The position numbers and the translations under genes were made by a program. A DNA stretch of 64,000 nt from the NCBI RefSeq assembly GCF_000981445.1, contig NC_027218.1, positions 1,612,001 to 1,676,000 of the forward strand, written 5' to 3'. This document shows, piece by piece, positions 1 to 10,591 of the stretch. How positions within the stretch are numbered: position 1 is the stretch's first letter; each line of letters begins with the position of its first letter. This stretch comes from Babesia bigemina (taxonomy: Eukaryota). The notes below the pieces were generated by a model. The model worked only from the letters and a program-made list of their open reading frames with translations, had not been told where the DNA came from and did no database searches.

Positions 1-3000
1 GGCTGAAGCCTAGGTTCAGCGGGGAGCCGTCCCTGCAGTTGACGTCGGTGGTGTCGGTGAAGCTCAGGATGATCAGCACCTCGAACACCGACAGCCACAG
101 GGCGGCCAGCAGGTAGCTCCAGAACGTCACCGGGTCGTACACTCCGCGGCGGTGCTCCAGGCGGCGGTGCCAGCGCTTGGACAGCCAGTTTGACCCCAGG
201 CTGCGCAGCAGGTAGCGCACCAGCTGGTTCACGGGCTTCGTGCTCCACGTGTTGTAGAGAATGGGGTAGCGCGTCAGCAGGGTGTGCGGCACCTCCCGGT
301 CCAGTATCACGTAGAACATCAGCGGGAACGACGTGAAGAACAGATTGATGACCTGCTTGCTCCATGTGTTGAACACGCTCACGCCGCTGAATCCGGTCTG
401 GAAGTTGTAGATCACGTTCACAAAGCTGAAGCTGAAGTTGCGGAATATGCAAAAGTAGAGCAGGAACTTGTTCTTGCGCAGGGCCTCGCGGCCGTGCACA
501 AACAGCAGCTGGCGCAGAAACCGGAACTGCGCTATCGTGAAATCGGCCGAGCGGCACGCCTGGTGGCCCTCTCGGCCGTCTATTCCCACGCCGACGTCCG
601 CCGCGAGGATCATGTCGACGTCGTTCGCGCCGTCGCCAATGGCAAGCGACGTGCCGTACGCGTTGAGCTTGGAGTTGTCGCGGGTCAGCAGGAACTTCTG
701 CTTGTGGGTCATGCGGCACGCGATGACGACTCCGGCGAGCTGCGCCAGCCGGAAGAACTGCGCCTTGAGCTCCTCGTCGGCGTACACGGTCTGCAGGACC
801 TCGCCGGTAACGGTCACGCAGAACTTCGAGAACTCCGGGGCCGAGCTGCGGCGTCTGCGCTGCTGCGGTTCCGGCACTTCCACTGCGCAGATGTTGCAGA
901 ACACGGAGCGCACCACCGGCAACTCCGATTTGCTGCCCATCCTTGACGGGCCCACGCAGTTTAAGATATGCATAGCAATTTCACTAGAAACCACGTGAGG
1001 GTCGGGGTCGCTCAAGACGGCGTTGCACGTGTCGTCGTCCACGATGTTGGTGGAGCGGCCGATGCTCAGCGCAGTCTCCAGCTTGTCGCCAGTCAGGACC
1101 CAAATCAGGATGCCGGCCTCCTTCAGGTCGCGGATCACGTCGCCCACGTCCTCCTGCAGCAGGTCCTCGATGCCTGAGCAGCCCACCAGCTTCATATCAC
1201 GCTCCATGTCCGCCACCACGTTGGCCACCGCGTCATCGCGGCTCTCGCCGGCCAGCAGCGCCGTGGCGTAGGATTCGTGCCAGGCCTGGTACTCCGGGGC
1301 GCTCAGCTCACGGACGGCAAACACCAACGTCCGGAGGCCGACAGTTGCAAAGTCGTGCAACTGTTCCTGTATGTCGGAGACCTTGATGTGCTGGGTGCTG
1401 CGCAGCAGCGACAGCAACGCGCTGTCAGCGCCCTTGCACAGCGTGAGGATGCGGCCGTCGCCGCCCTGCACCACGACGCTCATGCACTTGCGACTGGAAT
1501 CGAACGCAACGGCGTCGAGGATCGTGAACCGCAGCGCCGGCACGTAGCCATCCTCCTTCGACGAGAGCCAGAGCTCGTAGTCCTCCGTGCTCAACATCAG
1601 CTTCTGGGCCTCTGGCGTTACCAGGGAGATGTCTATCTCAGTCACCGTCCGGCGGTTCGTAAATACGCACCCGAGCTCCGCTATGCCGTTGAGAAGCGCT
1701 AGCTCGTCGGGTGAAGCCGCGTCGTACTCCACGGGCACGTTGTCGATCGCGACCAACCTGGTCGCGCCATCCACGGTCTTCAGCACGCGCTCAGGGCGGC
1801 GCTTGATTTCCTCGCCGTTCACCTTGCGTATGACCACGCTATGGCACAAGCTGCCAACCAGCACGAATTCGCGCAGCATCTTGCGTATCTCAGGGTCCTG
1901 GCGGTTGTACATGCTCCAGAATTGCTCCCCACACCGGGGCGTCGACACGTTGCCCACAGCGCCGAACCCCAGCGCCTTCAGGGTCATCACGTTCTGCGTC
2001 AAAGTGCCCGTCTTGTCCGTGTATATGTGCGTGACGTGGGCCAGGTCTTCGATCAGCTGGTCGCTGCGCGACTCCGCACGCTTGCCGTCGGAGACCATCT
2101 CCGGGTTCCAGCGGATCTGCCACGACTCGGCCATGCGGACCACCTCCCACAGAATTATCAGGTCCACCGGGATCATGGCGGCCAGCAGCAGCATCATGCT
2201 GCCGCAGGTGACCAGAAACGTGCGCCAGGCGGAGGAGTTGGCGGACACGTGGAGGTAGTCGTGGTCGGCGGACATCGTCAGCTGCCAGTAGACGCCCATC
2301 AGGGCCGAGATCAGCACGCACCCGAACATGATGATCATCACAGTGAACATGTTGCGCTGGTAGACGCCCTCGAGCTTGGAGTTCTTGCGCCTGGAGCTGC
2401 CGATGGAGCCCTTCAGCAAACGGGTCTGGTGCCCGACGTACACGGCGACGCAATACGCCCACTGCGTGTTCACCATGGACGTCCCTCGGAGCAGCAGCTG
2501 GTCGAAATGCAGCTGCACCTTGTGGATTGTGGTGCCGATCTCCGGGAGGCTCTCGGCGGGGTCCCCGCGCAGGGAGGGCATGCTGCGCAGAAGCTTCAAG
2601 CGGCTGGCCTGCAACTCATCCGCGTCGTCGTTGGTGTAGTACGCCATGCCCGAAAACGAGTTCAGGTTGTCCGAGGGTGGCTCGCACACGATTTTTATCT
2701 GGGCGCGTGCCGCCTCCTCGTCGTTGCGGAACAGCGCGGCCAGCTTGGGGACCACGTGCTTGTACTTCACGTTCGACTCGCCGTCTGCGTTCTTGGTCTC
2801 GATGTTGCAGACGCCGTGCTCGTCGCAGCAGTTGAGCAGCACCAGGTCGGACGGGAAGTACTCGTATGCATGTACCTTTACGATGTCGCCGACGCAGATG
2901 TCCTGCTGCTTCATCTTCAGCAGCTTGCCGCCGCGGAAGACGTGGACGGTGCGCCCGTTCTCCTCTCGGTCGTTCCGCCACCGCGCCAGGTCCGACGCCA

Positions 3001-3475
3001 GCTCGCGCGCCACGCAAACGGCCACGACGAACACCACGGGGATCAGGTATGTGGGGAGCCCGTTGGAGTCCGACACCTCCTTGATCAGTTGCAGAAACGA
3101 CACGCCCAGGAATATCAGGTTGCCCAGCCGGGTCATCTGGAACAGCAGCACGCGGGGAAGGAACGACAGCAACGAGTACTTGGTCGTTCTGATGAAGTTC
3201 GACCGCCGCGAGCCGCGGAGGAAGGCCAGGCGGTTGGCCTCATCCGCGGCAGCCTCGGTAGACACGGTCGAATCGTGATCCTTCCGGCGGAAACACCTTT
3301 CGAAAAAGTCCAGCAGCCGAGTCCAGTGCCTGCTGAGGAAAGAATCCTGCACTGGCACGTAGAACGGCTCGTACACCGTGCCGCGGTGCTCCGAGTAGTT
3401 GGTCACCAGGTACACCTTGCCTTCGTACGGCTCGGATTCCTGTCTGCCAAATAGCCGGCTTAGCCATGGCCACAT
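1..3475 (-). CDS. P4-type ATPase (phospholipid flippase); 3' end lies beyond the window start
   Basis: Minus-strand frame from ATG 3475 (MWPWLSRLFG), absent from the ORF track because no stop falls in the window. Motifs: NFIRTTKYSLLSFLP, ETKNADGESNVKYK, TDKTGTLTQN phosphorylation site (~1991-2020), WVLTGDKLETA, AIGDGANDVDMI, DFTIAQFRFLRQLLFVHGR. Confidence 0.95.
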   Translation of the reverse strand, partial: MWPWLSRLFGRQESEPYEGKVYLVTNYSEHRGTVYEPFYVPVQDSFLSRHWTRLLDFFERCFRRKDHDSTVSTEAAADEANRLAFLRGSRRSNFIRTTKYSLLSFLPRVLLFQMTRLGNLIFLGVSFLQLIKEVSDSNGLPTYLIPVVFVVAVCVARELASDLARWRNDREENGRTVHVFRGGKLLKMKQQDICVGDIVKVHAYEYFPSDLVLLNCCDEHGVCNIETKNADGESNVKYKHVVPKLAALFRNDEEAARAQIKIVCEPPSDNLNSFSGMAYYTNDDADELQASRLKLLRSMPSLRGDPAESLPEIGTTIHKVQLHFDQLLLRGTSMVNTQWAYCVAVYVGHQTRLLKGSIGSSRRKNSKLEGVYQRNMFTVMIIMFGCVLISALMGVYWQLTMSADHDYLHVSANSSAWRTFLVTCGSMMLLLAAMIPVDLIILWEVVRMAESWQIRWNPEMVSDGKRAESRSDQLIEDLAHVTHIYTDKTGTLTQNVMTLKALGFGAVGNVSTPRCGEQFWSMYNRQDPEIRKMLREFVLVGSLCHSVVIRKVNGEEIKRRPERVLKTVDGATRLVAIDNVPVEYDAASPDELALLNGIAELGCVFTNRRTVTEIDISLVTPEAQKLMLSTEDYELWLSSKEDGYVPALRFTILDAVAFDSSRKCMSVVVQGGDGRILTLCKGADSALLSLLRSTQHIKVSDIQEQLHDFATVGLRTLVFAVRELSAPEYQAWHESYATALLAGESRDDAVANVVADMERDMKLVGCSGIEDLLQEDVGDVIRDLKEAGILIWVLTGDKLETALSIGRSTNIVDDDTCNAVLSDPDPHVVSSEIAMHILNCVGPSRMGSKSELPVVRSVFCNICAVEVPEPQQRRRRSSAPEFSKFCVTVTGEVLQTVYADEELKAQFFRLAQLAGVVIACRMTHKQKFLLTRDNSKLNAYGTSLAIGDGANDVDMILAADVGVGIDGREGHQACRSADFTIAQFRFLRQLLFVHGREALRKNKFLLYFCIFRNFSFSFVNVIYNFQTGFSGVSVFNTWSKQVINLFFTSFPLMFYVILDREVPHTLLTRYPILYNTWSTKPVNQLVRYLLRSLGSNWLSKRWHRRLEHRRGVYDPVTFWSYLLAALWLSVFEVLIILSFTDTTDVNCRDGSPLNLGFS

Positions 3476-4203
3476 CTTGACGGAGAGCAGCCGCGATCCA
3501 GCGCTGCCGGGACCACTCGCGGTCGCGCTGCGGGATCAGTGGCCGCCAGGTAGTCAGTGGTTACGTCAACACCTAAACGCTTTGATATTCAGCGTCACCA
3601 TCTGCGTTAAGTTGTGTGTGTAATACACCGCGCCAGAATCCCCGGAGCGGAGCGGCTTTACGGGATGCAGCGAGGACAGACAATGCAAAGATTGCAGAGA
3701 CGCCACCATCTCCAAAAATACACGCGCGGCAGTGAAAACTATATGTGCGATATGGACGGCATCCGCGCGGCAATATCCGCGTTGATCCCATGCGGCCGTT
3801 GAAACTGTGCCATGCTGTATGCAAGATGTTGATTCGACGCAGTAGGCACCGATCTTTACCACCGGCGTGCGAATACGCCATCAAAACGCCGTCTGTGGCG
3901 ACGATCACAGACGTGCAGCTCACAAAAAATGCGCGGCGCGAAGGTTGTGCCGCGATCGTTACGACATCGCGCGCCATGTCCACACAGGTTACACACGAGC
4001 CGTATGTGCGGGTATCCGACCGACGCCCAAGGCCTCGCCAGCTAAGCAGCACACTACGCTGTGTTAATACGCATCAAATAATTGCCGTTGGTGCGCCTTG
4101 GTTAGGGCTGGTGCCGGAAACCGTACATTTACGCGCCCCGGGAAGGCCGAAGCGCGGCACACGCAGTGTGACATTAATTTAGAATAGCGTAGGCGCACCA
4201 AAT

Positions 4204-5509
4204 ATGGTACGTATTAACAGGAAGGTCTTGTGCGCGGCCGCCGCCGTCGCCATCGGACTTCTCCACAGTGTAGAGAGCCAGCCGCAGTCCGCCAACGAGT
4301 CTGACTTGAGCGGCAATCCCTGTAAGTGGCCGTTGGGAGATGACACATAGACCCGCAGCTGCGAACGACAACCCGGCCAATGTTGCGGCGCCACGCATCG
4401 AGTTCGAGCCCTTCGAAGACGAAGTCGACCCTGAGCTTGAGGCCACCGGTAAGGTCGACGGCACGTGGCCGCAAAGCGCTGCGCAGATGAAGTCAAGGTG
4501 CCGCCGAAGAAGCAGGAGTTGTTCGACATGGACCTGATGATGAGTCCGCTGCTCTCCCAGATGCCCAAAAGCTTCAGAAGGCACTACTGCTACTTCCTGT
4601 TCTACTGCGTCGGAATGCTGGTGTACGGATGGATTGGGTACGAGACCAACAAGCAGCGGGTCAAGAGGGTCATCGCGGCTCTGAAGCCCGTGCTGCAGGA
4701 GAACTTCGCGTTCATCGCCGACGAGCCGCACTGCTACGAAGCGCTGAGGTGGCACAAGTTCCAGGCCTACGCGTCTGGGCGCACGAGCTGTGACCGCCTC
4801 TTCATCGATTTCGATCTGGTCAAGCGGCAGTGCATGTGGCACAGGTGGGTCTTCCGCCACATGTTCCGAATGGAGGACACCATGACCATCGAGATGATGC
4901 TGCCCAAAATGGTTGGTAAAACAGTCGGTTGCACACGCAAATACGGTTCAGGATTGCATCGTGTTCGCGATCACGCACAAGATGACGAACAAGCTGTTCA
5001 TCAAGAAGAACCAGGAGGTGGCCAACACCACGTACGTGCTGGACTCGAGCGAACTTCCCCCGACGCACCGGGCCTACATTAACGGCACCGAAAAGTGCTT
5101 CGCGAAGTACGCCTCGTACGTCATCGCAGCCTGCCAGGAGTTCATGCCGCACCTCATCCACTTCTACGCTGCCGACGCAGTGCCCGAGGCAGAAGGCTAC
5201 CGCCAGTGGCGGCAGATCGTTCTGAAGGTGAGGGTGGGCGACGACGACCAGCTGGCTGCCAAGGTGCTCGCGGCGGCCATCCACATCGCCGACTACACGA
5301 AGAACTACACCGTCATGGACAAGACACGGGAGGCCATGACGAAGGCCAGGCAGGACATGATCGCAGTGCTCTTCAAGGCGGAAATCAAGCGGCAGAAGGA
5401 GGAGGCGAAAGAGGCGAAGGAGGAGAGCAAGCTGACGCCGGAGAAGATCAAGAAACTCGAGAAGAAGGCGTTGGCCAGACCCACACCGCGGGTCAAGGTG
5501 ATCAGATAA
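4204..5509 (+). CDS. CCDC47/DUF1682-like ER membrane protein (PAT complex subunit-like), 4 exons
   Basis: Signal-like N-terminus MVRINRKVLCAAAAVAIGLL. GT-AG introns at ~4322-4350, ~4449-4486 and 4912-4951. A TM segment is followed by YASGRTSCDRLFIDFDLVKRQ and a Lys/Glu coiled-coil tail ending PRVKVIR, as in CCDC47. Confidence 0.75.
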
Positions 5510-5527
5510 CATCACTCGTAATTTAAC

Positions 5528-5974
5528 ATGAACCAGACACATAGCGCCGATGTGCCTGAGGTGGCCGATGTAGAGGTGCCGCAGGCACTGAAGGTTAGCG
5601 TACCACGCGAAAGTCACAAGTGCGCGCAGGAAAACATAGAGCACCTCAAACAGCTCCACCAGCGGGGATGCACCATCAACAACAACATCGAGCAATCCGT
5701 CGAGTTTAAAAACCCGTACTTGCTAGAGGGAAGTTGAGCGAATCTGGCGCACATTCCGTAGAAGGTCATGAAGGTGTTCAACATCGAGGGGCACTGCTCG
5801 AACTACAGCAAGCACGTTTACGACCCCGACTACTACGTCGCGCTGGCGCGGGAGACTGAGCCTGAAACGCAGCAGCCGCGCAAGGACAGCCAGACATGCG
5901 GCCAGAACGCAAAAGCGGAAGCAGCTAACGCCGCGGAGGCACGTGGCAGACCGTCGGGCTGGTCAACGGATTGA
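5528..5974 (+). CDS. HCNGP/SAP30-binding-protein-like, 2 exons
   Basis: INNNIEQSVEFKNPYLLE joined to KVMKVFNIEGHCSNYSKHVYDP resembles the HCNGP core (F.NP...EK....IDE.G.NY....FDP). The join needs an intron at 5729-5761 with an atypical donor (see findings). Confidence 0.7.
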
Positions 5975-6124
5975 GGACACGCCACATAATCGTAGAGCAC
6001 ATACACACATCATGCCAAATGAGTGGCGAGCACATCCAATTGCATCAGACGATTCTCCGCTTGCGGTACATCAAAGTAAGCTATTTCGGCACAATATAGA
6101 TACGTTTTCGGCGATGACTAACGG

Positions 6125-6141
6125 GGTTCCGTAGCTTAGCT

Positions 6142-6193
<52 letters not shown>

Positions 6194-6198
6194 GACCG
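6125..6198 (+). tRNA. tRNA-Asn (anticodon GTT)
   Basis: Acceptor stem GGTTCCG/CGGGACC, D-arm TAGCTTAGCTGGTTAGAGC, anticodon arm TGTGG-CTGTTAA-CCACA, T-arm GTAGG-TTCGATC-CCTAC; no genomic CCA. Confidence 0.97.
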
Positions 6199-6200
6199 AG

Positions 6201-6207
6201 TTTTTTT
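6201..6207 (+). terminator. RNA polymerase III oligo-T terminator
   Basis: A T7 run begins 2 nt after the tRNA discriminator base. Confidence 0.8.
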
Positions 6208-6565
6208 CACTTTACAATTGCCTTTTTGACGAGACACGCGTCGGTCAAATCGCAAATAAGAGGCTTGGTTTCGCTTGCCACCCCAATGGAACTGCTTTTC
6301 ACTAAAACAGCAACTCCCGGCACGTAGGAGCACTTCATAATCGTGGAACATTAAAACGGCACGCAACATTCAAACTCACTCCCACTGTGCATTACAATGC
6401 TCTATATGTTATAACTGCATATCAAACTTCAGAACGAATCTGTATCGATTTGCCTGGAGAACACACCGGTCTCCATTGTGAGCTACTCGTGCAGCGGGAA
6501 TTACGTTCCGTGACCTTAGATTATACCAAAATGCGACTAGGAGAGCCAGACAGGTCTCCAGAACC

Positions 6566-6964
6566 TCAGAAATTGAACAGGCTGTACGTGATTATCCAGG
6601 TTACCTGCGACGGAGTGGGAAGCGGCGGCCGCTGCGACCTACCGTGAAACAACTGAAGGACATCATCACGTGCTCCGTCAGCGCCTCCATATGGTCGAGG
6701 ACGTAGTCCGGGAGTTTCATGAAGGTAAGGAATAGCAAGCCAGCGATGCCCTGGGCTAGCCCAAACGCCAGGAAGCCAAAGATGCCCCGCACGGGAATCA
6801 CGCCCAAAACGAAGCCCGTGAGCAGCGACACGCTGCACTTCACCCTCCAGAGCGCATTGGAGCAACTTAGCTGCGACAGGTGACCGACGGAGGACTGCCA
6901 AAGCTACCTTGGAAGGTTCAACAGAAGACGTAGTCGCCTTGGACTGTTTTGAAGACAGGCTCAT
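6566..6964 (-). CDS. Rab5-interacting protein family (RAB5IF/OPTI or EMC6-like) membrane protein, 3 exons
   Basis: Two canonical introns give LSCSNALWRVKCSVSLLTGFVLGVIPVRGIFGFLAF...EHVMMSFSCFTVTWIITYSLFNF. This matches the family pattern G..WGV.PL.G..G and EG...SF..F...WI..Y. Confidence 0.75.
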   Translation of the reverse strand: MSLSSKQSKATTSSVEPSKVALAVLRRSPVAAKLLQCALEGEVQRVAAHGLRFGRDSRAGHLWLPGVWASPGHRWLAIPYLHETPGLRPRPYGGADGARDDVLQLFHGRSQRPPLPTPSQVTWIITYSLFNF

Positions 6965-7798
6965 CCTAAATGTCGAAAAGCAAATCGGAAGTGTGTGAGC
7001 CAGCCGCTAGTAGTGGTCCCCGGCGGCGCCACACCCACCGCGCGCGCGGTCACCGCCCAGGAGGCTGCTATGGCGGGAATACCAGTTATAACGCGTGTCG
7101 GTCATTGTGTGTGCAAAGTGACGCGTACGGGTCCGCGGAAGGCCGATGCGTTGCGTTGTTTAGTGCTCAACCCTTGCGCCGGGCGTAGCGCTGCTGCGCA
7201 CCGGGCGCTGTCTGCTGAATGGCATATAGACGGGTGTAGACACGTTTCAAGACGCAAGGGACGCGCCAGTATGGCCTAACGATGCGGCGTCTCGCAGGCC
7301 CCGTAACATCCGTGATCACCCCGCACTCTCACAACCGAGGAATCCAAAATTGCCAAAGTCGTGGTCACATTCAGCCGATAAGAGGCGAATCACGCGATGC
7401 TTCGCAACGGTATGTAGGCTGCCGCGCCGGCCCGCAGGTACCGAGCCGGTATGCTTTCCTTTCCCGTCACGTCTCCGGCTCAAGGTGGCCCGCACATACT
7501 AAACAGCAATTGGCGGTATTAGCGTATAAACCAGCCCGCAATGGCCGCAACGGCGTGCACGCCACACTTAATCACCCGGCAAGCTGAGTGGTAGTCGATC
7601 TTCTGCTCACGATAACGCAAAACCGCATTCTTGCGAAACGCAGTCCTCACGCATCGCTAAGACAACGCTTAACGCCGGCCTGACACCATCAGGCCGCTGA
7701 ACCCACGGGAAGCAGACGACGTCGACAGCGATAAACGCACGTCGAAAAGGCGCTGATTCGCAGCGGACTAGACACGCCTCGCAAAACCTAGAGTAAAA

Positions 7799-8389
7799 AT
7801 GGACAACGCGGAAGTTGTGGCGGAACCCACCATCGGCACCATGGAGTGGCTCGACAAGAACCTCAAGAAGATGATGATAGTGCTCTCCTCCTTGTCGCTG
7901 CTCTTCTGCGCGGCCCTCTGCGGGTACACGGTGTACATCTTCGGGTACATCGCGGACAAGACCATGTACAACCTGGCCGTCATGATGGCGGTGTTCGTGG
8001 CGGCGCTGACCCTCAGCGACATCGTGGGCCTCTTCGCGGCCGCGTTGGAGTCGGAGGGGTTCACCGCCCTCTTCACGTACAACAACATGTGCGCCACCAT
8101 CACGACGCTGGTGCTGTCGGGCGTGCACTTCGGCAAGGCCGTGTACATCGGCAAGCAGTTCAGGGCGGAGGACAACCTGGCGAGCACCTTCTTCGTGACG
8201 GCGACGGGGCTGATCACCATGGCGATCCTGCACGCGACGATGGTCTTCATAGGGTTCAGGTACAAGCGCCTGCTCTCCCGCAGGGCCAACGTCATCGAGC
8301 TCAAGCTCAACGACACCGTGTTCACGACCATCAACGACCTCAACCAAACGCAAGCGATCAGCTTCCCGAAGACGCTAAACGCAGTCTGA
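7799..8389 (+). CDS. Hypothetical four-TM membrane protein (196 aa)
   Basis: Single ORF with strong GC3 codon bias and four hydrophobic segments. Confidence 0.8.
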   Translation: MDNAEVVAEPTIGTMEWLDKNLKKMMIVLSSLSLLFCAALCGYTVYIFGYIADKTMYNLAVMMAVFVAALTLSDIVGLFAAALESEGFTALFTYNNMCATITTLVLSGVHFGKAVYIGKQFRAEDNLASTFFVTATGLITMAILHATMVFIGFRYKRLLSRRANVIELKLNDTVFTTINDLNQTQAISFPKTLNAV

Positions 8390-8598
8390 GCTCGCGGACT
8401 CGCAGTACGGGCGGCAGCGCCGCATTCGGACGGGGTGCAGTCCCGGCCCCAACACGCAGCAACGCCTGCGTCCGAGGGCCGCGTGCGACTCACCAAACAT
8501 ATGTGCATCCTTTTTCTAGCTAACGCGCAGCGCTACTGGCTGCCTAAGAGTAATATAACATTGATACATGTGCTGCGGAGGGCGGCCGGCCGGCCGGA

Positions 8599-10194
8599 CT
8601 AGTAGTGCCTGGACGCGGCCTCGGGCGTCCAGACCACGGGGTGGCTCTCGGGCGTCGCGTCGGGGTCCTGGATCCATATCTTCACCGTTTTGTCGCACTC
8701 GGCGGTGATCAGGCGGCTCTCACTCATGTCGAACGCGCAGCCGAAGATGCCGTTCTCGCTCTCGAGGGAGCCCTTCTGCACCACGCTCTCGAGCGTCTGG
8801 AACTTGTAGCCGCTGTGCCAGTCCCAGAAGTGCAGCTGGCCGTTGTTGGAGCCCGCGACGAGCACCGACGACTCGCCGTCGTCCTTTATGGCCGCGCAGT
8901 TCAGGATCGAGTTGTGCCCGCCGATGTTGCGGTGGAACACGCCCTCGGGGCACTTCCACACCTTGACGTTGTCCGCGCCCGCGCTGCAGAACGTGTACTC
9001 GCTGGGGTGGATGGCCATCGCGCGGATGCTCTTCTTGTGGTTGGTGAGGGTGGCGAGCGTCTTGCCGGCAGCCAGGTCCCACAGGCGGACGGTCTTGTCC
9101 TGGGAGCCGGATATCACCTGGGGCTCAGCGCGCTGCGACGCCAGGCTCATGATGGTCCCGCTGTGCCCGGTGAACACGTGCACCGACTCCTTAGTGCGGA
9201 TGTCCCACACGCGCACGACGGCATCACGGCCGCCGCTGAACAGCACGTCCAGGGCGGGGTGCAGGGCCAGCGAGTACACTCCCGACAGGTGGCCGTGGTA
9301 GCTGCGGATCACCTTGTTGTGCTCGATGTCCCAGCACTTCACCGTGTTGTCCTCGCCGCAGCTGAACAGGTACGGGTGGCGGTCCGAGATCTTGAGGTCG
9401 CGCACGGCGTTGATGTGGCCGGTCAGCGAGAGCTTCAGCTGGCACGTGGCCAAATCCCAGATCTTTATCAGGCGGTCAGAGCTGCCGGTCGCGAACCACT
9501 GGTTGGACACGTCGACGGACACGCAGTGCACCCAACCCTGGTGGCCGACGATCATGCGGTACATCTTCCAGGGGGGGTGCCACTTCGGCTTGGTGCGGCG
9601 GATGGTGTCCGTTTTCGGCTTGATGCCGAGGGTTGCGATAGAGTGGCCGCCCGCAACTGTCTCACGCAGGTAGGACGTGATGGCGCTCGAGCCGGCGCTG
9701 TCGCCGTCGACGACGGCACGGATAGCGCCGTGCTCGTGCCGCTTGGCGGAGTCGCCGGCGCCCAGCGCCAGCAGCGGCCGCTTGCGCACGATGCCGAAGT
9801 TTACCTCGTCGGACACGGCCGCGTCCAAGTAAGCCAGCTTGCTAGACGCGGGGCGCGAGCTAGCGAGCGCGGCGTGCAGCCCGTCCACGACTTCCGCAAT
9901 CGGGGTCTTGGCCTTGCGGACGTTGATGGTTGGCGCGTCCTTGGCGGCCTTGGGCGCCGCAGAGTCCTCGCTCTGGCCGCTTCTCGCCGGCACATTGGCA
10001 GCCTTCGGCTGGTAGTTCAGCACGGGGCCATATTCCGACAGAATCTTGCACGAAAGGCGGCGCCGCGTGAACTCGTCCAAAGGGTTGAAGGGGTGGGCAG
10101 CAAACTCGCCGGCGAACAGATTAAGCGATTTGTAGATGTTGGCCCGCAGCAGGCGGTCGTAATGGCCCGGCCTCGCCGCCGCGCCGTCGGCCAT
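8599..10194 (-). CDS. PRP46: Pleiotropic regulator 1 / Prp46 WD40 splicing factor
   Basis: [23 protein letters not shown] repeats ([19 protein letters not shown]), and C-terminal [21 protein letters not shown]. Confidence 0.95.
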   Translation of the reverse strand: MADGAAARPGHYDRLLRANIYKSLNLFAGEFAAHPFNPLDEFTRRRLSCKILSEYGPVLNYQPKAANVPARSGQSEDSAAPKAAKDAPTINVRKAKTPIAEVVDGLHAALASSRPASSKLAYLDAAVSDEVNFGIVRKRPLLALGAGDSAKRHEHGAIRAVVDGDSAGSSAITSYLRETVAGGHSIATLGIKPKTDTIRRTKPKWHPPWKMYRMIVGHQGWVHCVSVDVSNQWFATGSSDRLIKIWDLATCQLKLSLTGHINAVRDLKISDRHPYLFSCGEDNTVKCWDIEHNKVIRSYHGHLSGVYSLALHPALDVLFSGGRDAVVRVWDIRTKESVHVFTGHSGTIMSLASQRAEPQVISGSQDKTVRLWDLAAGKTLATLTNHKKSIRAMAIHPSEYTFCSAGADNVKVWKCPEGVFHRNIGGHNSILNCAAIKDDGESSVLVAGSNNGQLHFWDWHSGYKFQTLESVVQKGSLESENGIFGCAFDMSESRLITAECDKTVKIWIQDPDATPESHPVVWTPEAASRHY

Positions 10195-10591
10195 CTCGCT
10201 GAGCGGGGCAGGCGACCGATTACCGGCTGAAGCAACGGTCAGCGCATGGAATCACGCGCGTCACGGGGCTGTGTCCGCAATTTTGCGCGGAGAAGGTTCG
10301 ATAATGGAAGGTACCGAGTAACGGCAGCCCATCCCTCGGATTCTGAGGCGCAAGCACCATCACCGAACCACGCGGGAAAGACCTGGACGCCTACACAGCC
10401 AACACCTACAGCGGCCTACGTACCACGTGGTGAACTGGAGACCAACTAACAAGGCTGCAGACAGTACACACCCGGGGATGTGGACAAGCTGGAGTCGAGG
10501 CAACGCGCGCGGAACGCGACGCAAACACACCCTCCCGTAAGGCCACAGCCGCAGCGGATAAGGGCTTAGGGCACACCCTGTCGAGCTAGAC

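Noticed and set aside
284..3454. Long plus-strand ORFs (e.g. 537 aa, 220 aa) opposite the P4-ATPase
   Set aside because: Antisense shadows produced by high GC3; the minus strand carries all the motifs.
8605..10230. 541-aa plus-strand ORF
   Set aside because: Codon-aligned antisense shadow of PRP46.
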